NCBI GenBank assembly: GCA_900542965.1
Contig: UQPY01000001.1
Span: 21,484-85,483 of the forward strand
DNA: 64,000 nt
From: an uncultured Collinsella sp.
GTDB taxonomy: Bacteria; Actinomycetota; Coriobacteriia; Coriobacteriales; Coriobacteriaceae
Reading direction: 5' to 3'
Part shown: positions 49,797 through 57,848 of the stretch, in pieces
Numbering within the stretch: position 1 is the first letter of the stretch
Layout of the letters: each line of letters opens with the position of its first letter
Made by a program: the position numbers and the translations under genes
The notes under the pieces: model-generated
Database searches by the model: none
What the model was told of the DNA's origin: nothing
Seen by the model: the letters and a program-made list of their open reading frames with translations, nothing else

Positions 49797-51866
49797 CTAT
49801 CGAACCGAAGAATCGCCCGAGGCCGAAGAGGTATCGGGCTCGTCATAAATCACGCCGAGCACGTCGCGCACGACATGCATCGCGGTATCTGAGCCACCGC
49901 CGCCCTGCTCCAGGACGGTAGCGATGACATACTTGGGATCATCGGCCGGTGCATAGGCGCAGAACCACGCGTATTCGTCCTCGCCACTTTTCTCGCCCGT
50001 GCCCGACTTGCCGTATACCTGCGGCGTCAGGGTGCCAAAGTGCGCCGCCAGGGACGTCGATGCCGTGTAAATCACGTCGTGCATGCCGTTGCGAACAAGA
50101 GCCAAATCCGAATCGCTGTTGATCTTGGCCTCCAGGCGCTTCTTCTTGCCCTTGCCATTGTACTTATAGGCATCGCCGTCGCCATCGCGCGACACGGCAG
50201 ACAAAAATACGTGAGGCACGTACTGTTTGCCGCCGTTGGCAAGACCCATATAGGCGCACGCCATCTGCAGGGGCGTCACCAGGATGTCACCCTGACCGAT
50301 GGCAATGTTGGTCATATCGCCGGCATTCCACTTGCGGTCCTCGGCAGATGCGTCGGTGAAGTACGACTCTTTCCACTCGGCATCGGGAATACGGCCCGCG
50401 CCCTCACTCGGCAAATCGATACCGCAGGTCTTGCCTAGACCCCAGCGACGAAAGACCTCCTGCAGGCCCTCGGGATGTTGCTCGTCATAAAAGAACGCCT
50501 TGCCCATGTCGTAGAAGACGGGGTCGCACGAGTTGGCGATACCCGACTGCAGCGTCATGGTGCCGTGGCCAGACGTCAGCCAGCAGCGCTTGCCCCAAGC
50601 CTTGCCCAGGCCCGTCCAATAGCCCGTGCAGTTGGTTGTCTGCGTTGAAGTGTAGGTTCCAAACTCAAGACCGGCCAGCGCCGAGAGCGGCTTGATGGTC
50701 GAGGCCGACATGTACTGTCCGCTAATGGCGCGGTTGAGCAGCGGGTGCGAACCCTTGTCATCATTGAGCTCGGTCCACACGTCATTTGAGACGCCGCCGA
50801 TAAAGACGGACGGATCGAACTTGGGCTCGCTCGCCATGCCCAGGATCTCGCCATTGTTGGGATCGAGACACACCACAGCGCCGTTGCCGGCATTGCTGTA
50901 GCCAGTGGTCTTGGCAAGCTCGATAGCGCTCGCCAGTGCCGCCTCACAGGCCTGTTGGATCTTAAGGTCGAGCGTGAGCTTAATGTCAGAGCCGGCCTTT
51001 GCGGGTACGGCGCCGGCCTGACCGGTCACATTGCCCGAGGCATCGACCTTGACGGTCTGCTCGCCACGAATACCCTGCAGCAGGTTTTCGTAGTAGCTCT
51101 CAACACCCGCCTGGCCCACGATATCGCCCGACTGGTACGTAATCTTGCCAGCAGAAGCATTATCATCGCCAGAGGTTTTCTTATTCTGGGCCTCGAGCTG
51201 CTCGGAGGTAATGGTGCCGGTATAGCCCAAGATATGGCATGCCGTCTCGCCGTATGGATACTGGCGCTCGGTACGCTCGGCAATCTTGACGCCCGGGAAC
51301 TCGCCGGCGTGTTCCTTGATATAGGCAACCGTGGAGCGACGGACGTCCGTCGCGATGGTATGCAGGCTCTGAGCGCCCTCTGTATTGTCCTGAATATTGC
51401 GAAGGACCGCCACATAAGGCATTCCAAGCACGTTGGCAAGATGGCGAACCAGAACCTCATCCTCGGCAAGGTCGCGGTAGGCCACGACAGCAAGTGAGGG
51501 ACGGTTCTGGACAAGCGCCACGCCATTGCGGTCGAGGATGCGGCCGCGTACAGCGGGAGTGGTAACGGTGCGAGTCTGATTGCTATTAGCCTGCTTCTCG
51601 TAATAGTCCGACGAGACCATCTGCATGCCCCACAGCTTGACGGCGAGCGCCGCAAACATCGCGCCCACACCCGTGGTGAGGATGGAAAAGCGGCCCTTAA
51701 AGGCGGTCGCCGCGGTATTGCCCTCGCCCTCGGTGGCGCGTGGGGCCGTTCCATGCTGCGTATCGTAGGTAAAACGGGAATCGCCACGACGCATGATGAC
51801 CAGCGCGACCACGATGGCCACAACCAGCACGATACCGGCGATAATAACCGTCAACTGGGAAGACAT
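49797..51866 (-). CDS. mrdA: Penicillin-binding protein 2 (class B)
   Basis: RGRILDRNG, ASTIK (SxxK), SCD, KSGT; follows mreD. Confidence 0.92.
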   Translation of the reverse strand: MSSQLTVIIAGIVLVVAIVVALVIMRRGDSRFTYDTQHGTAPRATEGEGNTAATAFKGRFSILTTGVGAMFAALAVKLWGMQMVSSDYYEKQANSNQTRTVTTPAVRGRILDRNGVALVQNRPSLAVVAYRDLAEDEVLVRHLANVLGMPYVAVLRNIQDNTEGAQSLHTIATDVRRSTVAYIKEHAGEFPGVKIAERTERQYPYGETACHILGYTGTITSEQLEAQNKKTSGDDNASAGKITYQSGDIVGQAGVESYYENLLQGIRGEQTVKVDASGNVTGQAGAVPAKAGSDIKLTLDLKIQQACEAALASAIELAKTTGYSNAGNGAVVCLDPNNGEILGMASEPKFDPSVFIGGVSNDVWTELNDDKGSHPLLNRAISGQYMSASTIKPLSALAGLEFGTYTSTQTTNCTGYWTGLGKAWGKRCWLTSGHGTMTLQSGIANSCDPVFYDMGKAFFYDEQHPEGLQEVFRRWGLGKTCGIDLPSEGAGRIPDAEWKESYFTDASAEDRKWNAGDMTNIAIGQGDILVTPLQMACAYMGLANGGKQYVPHVFLSAVSRDGDGDAYKYNGKGKKKRLEAKINSDSDLALVRNGMHDVIYTASTSLAAHFGTLTPQVYGKSGTGEKSGEDEYAWFCAYAPADDPKYVIATVLEQGGGGSDTAMHVVRDVLGVIYDEPDTSSASGDSSVR

Positions 51867-51879
51867 CTACGGGCCTCCC

Positions 51880-52452
51880 CTATTTGAGCTTGCGGGTCTT
51901 GGGCTTAAAGCGCATACCCGTCTGGCGTCCGCCACGTGCGGAGAATCCATAGCCGGACTGCGGCACGACGCCGGACATCAAAAACGGAATGGCAACCAGA
52001 CCCGTCAGGATCGAGGACGGCAGCGCATGGCCGAAGATCGCCACGACAAAGCTCGTCTCCAAACCCATAAACAGCAAGATGATGCTGTAAATCACATTAA
52101 TGACGAGCGCAAAGGCGCCCACAGTGACGCCGCGCGCACTCGGGGTACCGCCCGTCTGACCGACGGCGCTGTGCACCAGGGCAAAAGAACCCACGGTCAG
52201 CAGGAGCGACATAACGCCCACCGGCACGGCAGCGGACAGGTCATAAAACAAGCCGCTGCAAAAACCGCACACGACGGCACGGGTCGGGTCGCCCGAGAAC
52301 ACACTCAGGCACACCAAGATAATCATGAAGTTGACGCGACCACCCGCAATGGAGATCTGCGGTGCCAGGCCTGCCTGCAGCAGCACGCACACGATGGCGG
52401 CGATCACAAACGTACGGGAGCTCATCCCCTGCTCGTGTAGATCCATGGACAT
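51880..52452 (-). CDS. mreD: Rod shape-determining protein MreD
   Basis: Polytopic membrane protein with GFCSGLFYD, between mreC and pbp2. Confidence 0.82.
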   Translation of the reverse strand: MSMDLHEQGMSSRTFVIAAIVCVLLQAGLAPQISIAGGRVNFMIILVCLSVFSGDPTRAVVCGFCSGLFYDLSAAVPVGVMSLLLTVGSFALVHSAVGQTGGTPSARGVTVGAFALVINVIYSIILLFMGLETSFVVAIFGHALPSSILTGLVAIPFLMSGVVPQSGYGFSARGGRQTGMRFKPKTRKLK

Positions 52453-52457
52453 GCCCC

Positions 52458-53456
52458 CTATTCGCTCGAGCCGGAATCGGTCGTCTCGGACGTGTCGGAA
52501 CTGTCATCCGAGCTCTCGTCCTTCGTCTTGGTCGCAGCATCGCGCGACGTTCCCTGCGGTGTGCTGTTGGCCGTGCTCACGTCTTCATCCGAGGCCGACT
52601 GTTCGTCGGTCAGCGAGGTGATGACCAGCACTTCCTCGTTGTTCTCGGCCGTCGTCTGGGCGCGCACCACAATGGTGTAGTACACGTCGTTTGCCGATTT
52701 CTCAACCGACGAGACGGTGCCAAGCGGAAGGCCCTTGGGGAACACGCCACCGATGCCCGAGGTCACGATGATATCGCCAACCTTAACGTCGGAGTCAACG
52801 CTCACGTACTCAAGACGCAGCGTGCCGTCAGCCTGACCCTGCAGCATGCCTTGGGCGCGCGTGTCCTGCACCATAGCGGACACGCCGGAGTTCTCGTCGC
52901 CAATCAGGCGCACGGTAGAGGTCTTGGCCGATACCTCGATAATCTGGCCGATAACACCGGCAGAGCTCGTCACGGGCATGTTGATGGTAAGGCCGTCGGC
53001 AGAGCCCTTGTCGATGGTAACGGTCGAGGTCCAGGCATCGCCGGAAGCACCAACGATACGAGCTGCGGTCGATTTGAGGTTATAGGTCGACTGCAGGCCG
53101 ACCAGCCCCTCCAGACGCTCGGCGGTCTTTTGAGCCTCGGAGAGCTCAGCAACTTTAGAGGTCAGTTCCTCGTTTTGCTTCTTGAGCTCGTCGAGCGTGT
53201 CCTGCGACGCCGTAAGGTTAGAGAACACGTTGCCGATCGCATTGAAAGGAGCCGCCACGGCCGAGCCCACGAAGCGCACCGGCGAGGTAATCGTCGTTAC
53301 GCCCGAACGCACGGCATGAATCGGTCCTGCCTCGCCCTCGCGGATGTAAAACGTGAGCAGCAACACCGAAATCAGGCTGAAAACAATCAACGGGCGCATA
53401 CCCGTTGATTGTCGCTTGGTATTCAGATTTGTGGAGAAACCCGAAGATCGTGCCAA
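52458..53456 (-). CDS. mreC: Rod shape-determining protein MreC
   Basis: TM, coiled coil, IDKGSADG, GDIIVTSGIGGVFPKGLPLG. Confidence 0.93.
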   Translation of the reverse strand: MARSSGFSTNLNTKRQSTGMRPLIVFSLISVLLLTFYIREGEAGPIHAVRSGVTTITSPVRFVGSAVAAPFNAIGNVFSNLTASQDTLDELKKQNEELTSKVAELSEAQKTAERLEGLVGLQSTYNLKSTAARIVGASGDAWTSTVTIDKGSADGLTINMPVTSSAGVIGQIIEVSAKTSTVRLIGDENSGVSAMVQDTRAQGMLQGQADGTLRLEYVSVDSDVKVGDIIVTSGIGGVFPKGLPLGTVSSVEKSANDVYYTIVVRAQTTAENNEEVLVITSLTDEQSASDEDVSTANSTPQGTSRDAATKTKDESSDDSSDTSETTDSGSSE

Positions 53457-53477
53457 ATGGAATCCACCTTTTGGAAA

Positions 53478-54521
53478 TTAAGCATTGGTCTGGACGAAGC
53501 CGCCATCAAACGCATTGGCCTCGAGCACGCGGGCACAGCCGTTAACGACGTTATCGAGCGCCGTGGGGCTGACGTTGACCGAAACGCCGGTCTCATCGCG
53601 CAGGCGCACGTCGAGACCGCGCAGCAGCGCGCCGCCACCAGTCAGCAAAATGCCGTAGTACATAAGGTCCGAGGCAAGATCGGGCGGCGTGGCATCGAGG
53701 GCGTCCTTAACGGCCTTGGCCATCTCGTCGAGCGGCTTGTTGAGCGCGCGACGAATCTCCTCGCTCTCGATGCGCACGGTCTTGGGCAGACCGGTGATCA
53801 CGTCGCGGCCGTTGACCTCGACATCGAGCTCGTCCTTGAGCGGCACGGCGGAGCCGACCTTGATCTTGATGTCCTCTGCCGTACGCTCGCCGATGGCCAG
53901 GTTATAGGCATCACGAACGTGCGTGAGGATGGCCTGATCGAACTCGTCGCCGGCAATACGGATGGACTGCGAGACGACGATGCCGCCCATAGCGATAACG
54001 GCAACCTCGGTGGTACCGCCACCGATGTCGATGACCATGGAGCCGGTGGGTTCCTCGACGGGCAGGTCGGCGCCGATAGCGGCGGCCATAGGCTCTTCGA
54101 TCAGATAGGCCTGGCGAGCGCCGGCCTGGATCGTAGCCTCAAAGACGGCACGCTTCTCGACCGACGTGACGCCGGAGGGAACGCAAACGACAACGCGCGG
54201 ACGCGGGGTCCACGGATAGCGCTTCTCGGAAGCCTTGTCGATAAAGTAGCGAAGCATGGCCTCGGTAACATCGAAGTCGGCGATGACGCCGTCCTTCAGG
54301 GGACGAACGGCCACGATGTTGCCGGGCGTACGGCCGAGCATGCGCTTTGCCTCGATACCGACCGCCAGGATGCGCTCGTCGTTCTTGTCGATGGCGACAA
54401 CAGAGGGCTCGCGAATGACAATGCCCTTGCCGCGCACGGAGACAAGCGTATTTGCGGTGCCGAGGTCGATGGCAAGATCGCCCGCATAGCTACCGAAGAA
54501 CATATCCATCAAAGAAAACAA
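53478..54521 (-). CDS. mreB: Actin-like MreB
   Basis: IDLGTANT, PLKDGVIADF, IEEPMAAAIGA, DIGGGTTE, LTGGGALL. Confidence 0.98.
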   Translation of the reverse strand: MFSLMDMFFGSYAGDLAIDLGTANTLVSVRGKGIVIREPSVVAIDKNDERILAVGIEAKRMLGRTPGNIVAVRPLKDGVIADFDVTEAMLRYFIDKASEKRYPWTPRPRVVVCVPSGVTSVEKRAVFEATIQAGARQAYLIEEPMAAAIGADLPVEEPTGSMVIDIGGGTTEVAVIAMGGIVVSQSIRIAGDEFDQAILTHVRDAYNLAIGERTAEDIKIKVGSAVPLKDELDVEVNGRDVITGLPKTVRIESEEIRRALNKPLDEMAKAVKDALDATPPDLASDLMYYGILLTGGGALLRGLDVRLRDETGVSVNVSPTALDNVVNGCARVLEANAFDGGFVQTNA

Positions 54522-54636
54522 CGCAACTCCTGATGTGTTGGATGATTGCTGGAAAACTACTAGCTCATGATACTAGCGCAAGCCCGGCACCTCACTTGCG
54601 GTGAAGCGCCGGGCAAAGCTAAATCCCATAAGGTCA

Positions 54637-55941
54637 CTACTGGTTGTCAGCAGCCGAGAAATCCATATCGAGCGAGGAAACGGCCCAGCCGATATGGTTG
54701 TCGGAGCGCACGAATTTGACGGTGTACTCCTGCTCGCCGCCCTTGGACAGCGATGCCTTCACCTTGGCGGTCGTCTCGGTCATGGACTGATCCATGCCCT
54801 CGACTGACACGGTGGCACCCTGCGGAATCGAGGAGATGATCATAGACTTGGCGTCCTCGGACAGGCTCGACGCAAGGCAAGACTCGGCCTTTGCGGTGTC
54901 ACCGTCGCCGGCAGCCTGGAACAGATCGGTAACGACAGATTCCTGAGACGGGAAGCCAAAGCCGCGCGTGTAGGCAAAGCCCAGACCGCCCGCGGCGATC
55001 AAAATGAGCAGAAGCAGCACAATGAAGACTTTGAGACCCGTGTGGCGATGGCGACGACGGACCTTGGCCTGCTTACGATCCTGACGGTCCTGCTGGACCA
55101 TCTCGGACTCGGACAGCGTAAAGAAACCGGTGTCCGAGGGATCGGGCATAAACTGACCGGTCGCGCCCGTAGGATCGAGCGGATCGACGGCAGGAGCGTC
55201 CATCGCGGGCGCAGGAGCCGTGGCCATAGCCGTCTGGGCAGACAGCGCGGCAAGCGAATCGTGCACGCGGGCAAGCTCATCGGCCTGCTCGGAGGTGAGC
55301 TGGTAGATGCCATCGGCAGTGGCAGCGTTAAAGGCGTCGAGTGCGTCGGACGGACGGCCGGCGGCAGAAAGCGCCTGACCCATGCCGGCGTTGAGCGCAC
55401 GCGTGTCGTCGCGGGGACCGGCAAAGTCGATAGCCGTGCGGTAGGTCTCCACGGCATCCGCCGGACGGCCGAGCTTAATGAAGCAACGACCGAGCTCGCC
55501 GAGTGCGGCGGCAGGAGCCGGATTGGCGCCGTCGATGGCAGCCTGACGGAAGGCAGTACCCGCGTTGGCATAGTCGCCCGACTGGAACAGCGCGTTACCC
55601 AGGCCCAGATAGGCCTTGAACGGCGTGGCATAGGAAGCATCCTGCGAAGCGGCAGAAAACGCCTGGGCGGCCGTCGTGTAGTCGCCCACGGCGGCGAGCG
55701 CCTTGCCGCGGTTGGTGAGCAGCGCGCCGCGCTTGCCATAAGTGCCGTCGTTGAGGGCGGCGGCATAGGCCTCGGCGGCCTCGACATACATGCCCAGGTG
55801 CATCAAGGCGTTGCCACGAAGGTGATCGGCCTCGCCCATAATCTCATCGGGAGTCTTTGCCGCCCCAAGCATCTGGGCTGCAGCGGAAAAATCACCCGCG
55901 CGGTAAGCGGCGCGGCCCTGTTGGATCAGCTGGCTATTCAA
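54637..55941 (-). CDS. TPR-repeat bitopic membrane protein with a small extracytoplasmic domain
   Basis: About six TPR-like repeats, DPLDP linker, basic RRRHRH, TM segment, C-terminal alpha/beta domain ending GWAV. Confidence 0.8.
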   Translation of the reverse strand: MNSQLIQQGRAAYRAGDFSAAAQMLGAAKTPDEIMGEADHLRGNALMHLGMYVEAAEAYAAALNDGTYGKRGALLTNRGKALAAVGDYTTAAQAFSAASQDASYATPFKAYLGLGNALFQSGDYANAGTAFRQAAIDGANPAPAAALGELGRCFIKLGRPADAVETYRTAIDFAGPRDDTRALNAGMGQALSAAGRPSDALDAFNAATADGIYQLTSEQADELARVHDSLAALSAQTAMATAPAPAMDAPAVDPLDPTGATGQFMPDPSDTGFFTLSESEMVQQDRQDRKQAKVRRRHRHTGLKVFIVLLLLILIAAGGLGFAYTRGFGFPSQESVVTDLFQAAGDGDTAKAESCLASSLSEDAKSMIISSIPQGATVSVEGMDQSMTETTAKVKASLSKGGEQEYTVKFVRSDNHIGWAVSSLDMDFSAADNQ

Positions 55942-55952
55942 GGAAGTCCCCT

Positions 55953-56495
55953 TTACTCGTGAACGATCTCGACATGGACGATCTCGTCGCCGGCACGCAG
56001 CTGCGAAATCACATCGAGACCCTCGACCGTGGTACCAAAGACGGTGTAACCGGAATCGAGGTTATGCTGGGCGCCCAGGCAGAAGTAGAACTGCGAACCC
56101 GCGGAATCGGGGTCCATGGAGCGTGCCATGGCAAGGGCACCATCGACATGGCTGTTGCGCGGATTGGTGGCAAACTCGCCCTTGATGCAGTAGCCGGGAC
56201 CACCGGTACCGGGCATGCCGTCGGGGCCCTCAAGACCGGCAGCGACGTCGGCGCCGGACATATCGCGGGTATTGGGGTCGCCGCCCTGGATGACAAAGCC
56301 GGGCACATAGCGATGGAACTTAAGGCCATCATAGAAGCCCATCGTAGAAAGCTCGCAGAAGTTCGCGACATGAATGGGAGCGCCCTCGCCGTCAAACTTG
56401 ACCTTGATGGTACCCTTCGACGTCTCGATAACGGCGCACTCGTCGCCGGCAAGCTGATACTCGGGCGTGTAGAGCTCTTTCTTAAAACCAAACAT
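55953..56495 (-). CDS. Cyclophilin-type peptidyl-prolyl isomerase
   Basis: FYDGLKFHRYVPGFVIQGGDP, GALAMAR, SAGSQFY, LDSGYTVFG. Confidence 0.95.
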   Translation of the reverse strand: MFGFKKELYTPEYQLAGDECAVIETSKGTIKVKFDGEGAPIHVANFCELSTMGFYDGLKFHRYVPGFVIQGGDPNTRDMSGADVAAGLEGPDGMPGTGGPGYCIKGEFATNPRNSHVDGALAMARSMDPDSAGSQFYFCLGAQHNLDSGYTVFGTTVEGLDVISQLRAGDEIVHVEIVHE

Positions 56496-56602
56496 GTGGT
56501 TCCTTCCTCGTGCGTTTAAAGCAAATTTGTACGAATTGTAGCAATAAGCATGCGCTTACATCAATTGCGCACGTAGGTTATGCCGACTATGGCGAACTAA
56601 TT

Positions 56603-57745
56603 TTAGGAACGCTGCTGCGGCTTCCAGGAGCCCACGTTGGCGTCGTACTGATTAAGCGCGCTGTTGCCACCCTGAGCGATGGGCGCCAGGATCTCGCTTT
56701 GGTGAGAACTCATCGACTCACCATCGGGAATGGCCAGCGAGATATCCCAGCTCTGGCAGATCACGTCGACACGCTCGTACATCCACTCGGCAAGCTGCTT
56801 TAAGTGGGCGATGTCGTCCGCATAGACCGTATCGTCCTGATACTTAAGGTTGTTGAGCTCATCTTGCGTCTTTTTGATCTGGTCGCGCAGGGCGTAGGCA
56901 CTCTCCGACAGCTCCTGACGGGTGGACAGCGGCGTTCGAAGATAGCCGTTGTTAAAAGAATCGATGACCTCGCCGATCTGCTCCTCGTCACCGTAGGACA
57001 CGATGGTCTGATACAGACCGTCGAGCCTGGTATAGAGCTGATCATCGGTGAGCACGGTTTCTTCCTGGACCACCTCGGCAGAATCGTCCTGCTTGGTATC
57101 GTCCTCAGTCGCCTCACCCTTTTGGCGCGTAGGGAAGGTCGTCTGCGCGGCCTGGCCAAACTGGTCATAGAAGCCGGGCATAACACCCATGGGATCGGTC
57201 GTCACGAACCAATAGGCGCCACCGCACACAAAGGCAAGGACCGCGATGATAATGAGCGGCTTGGGGATATGACGCTTGTGCTTGTGATAGGCGTCCTCGT
57301 CGGGATGCACCTTGCGCTTGGGTTTTTGAGCATCGTCATGCAGGGAAACGGGCGTGGGAATATCGACCTTGGGGATACCGAAATCCTTATCGAAAGCCGG
57401 CAACACGCAGGTCTCGTTGGGGTCGGCGGCGTCCGAAAGAACCGCGGCTGCCGAGGCGGGCGCATGCGGCACCTCGGTATCGATCTGCTCTTGCGTTAGG
57501 CGCGGAAAGCCCGCCGTGCGACCCGCCGCCAGATCGGATGCGGCAGCGTCCTCGGAGAGGATACCCGGAGCGGGGCGTCCGCATTTGGGACACGTACGAT
57601 CGTGCGGAGAAAGACGGGCACCGCAGCCCTCGCAGAACACGAACTCGGTGTGCTCGGGGCCATCGCCCGGACCCACATAGGCGTTGCAGTAGGGGCAGAA
57701 CGAGGCGCCGTCCTCGATAGTCTTAAGGCAATGCGGGCAGATCAC
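56603..57745 (-). CDS. Double zinc-ribbon bitopic membrane protein
   Basis: CPHC..CPYC and CEGC..CPKC, low-complexity linker, HKHKR plus TM, helical C-terminal domain; GTG start after GAGGA. Confidence 0.8.
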   Translation of the reverse strand: MICPHCLKTIEDGASFCPYCNAYVGPGDGPEHTEFVFCEGCGARLSPHDRTCPKCGRPAPGILSEDAAASDLAAGRTAGFPRLTQEQIDTEVPHAPASAAAVLSDAADPNETCVLPAFDKDFGIPKVDIPTPVSLHDDAQKPKRKVHPDEDAYHKHKRHIPKPLIIIAVLAFVCGGAYWFVTTDPMGVMPGFYDQFGQAAQTTFPTRQKGEATEDDTKQDDSAEVVQEETVLTDDQLYTRLDGLYQTIVSYGDEEQIGEVIDSFNNGYLRTPLSTRQELSESAYALRDQIKKTQDELNNLKYQDDTVYADDIAHLKQLAEWMYERVDVICQSWDISLAIPDGESMSSHQSEILAPIAQGGNSALNQYDANVGSWKPQQRS

Positions 57746-57848
57746 GGCATCCTCTTTTCGAAGCAATTCAAACAATCGAGGTTAGAGCATAACATCGCCA
57801 CGGCCCCACAGGAGCAAGGCACCAATTCAACATCGGCAGGGCGCGTAG

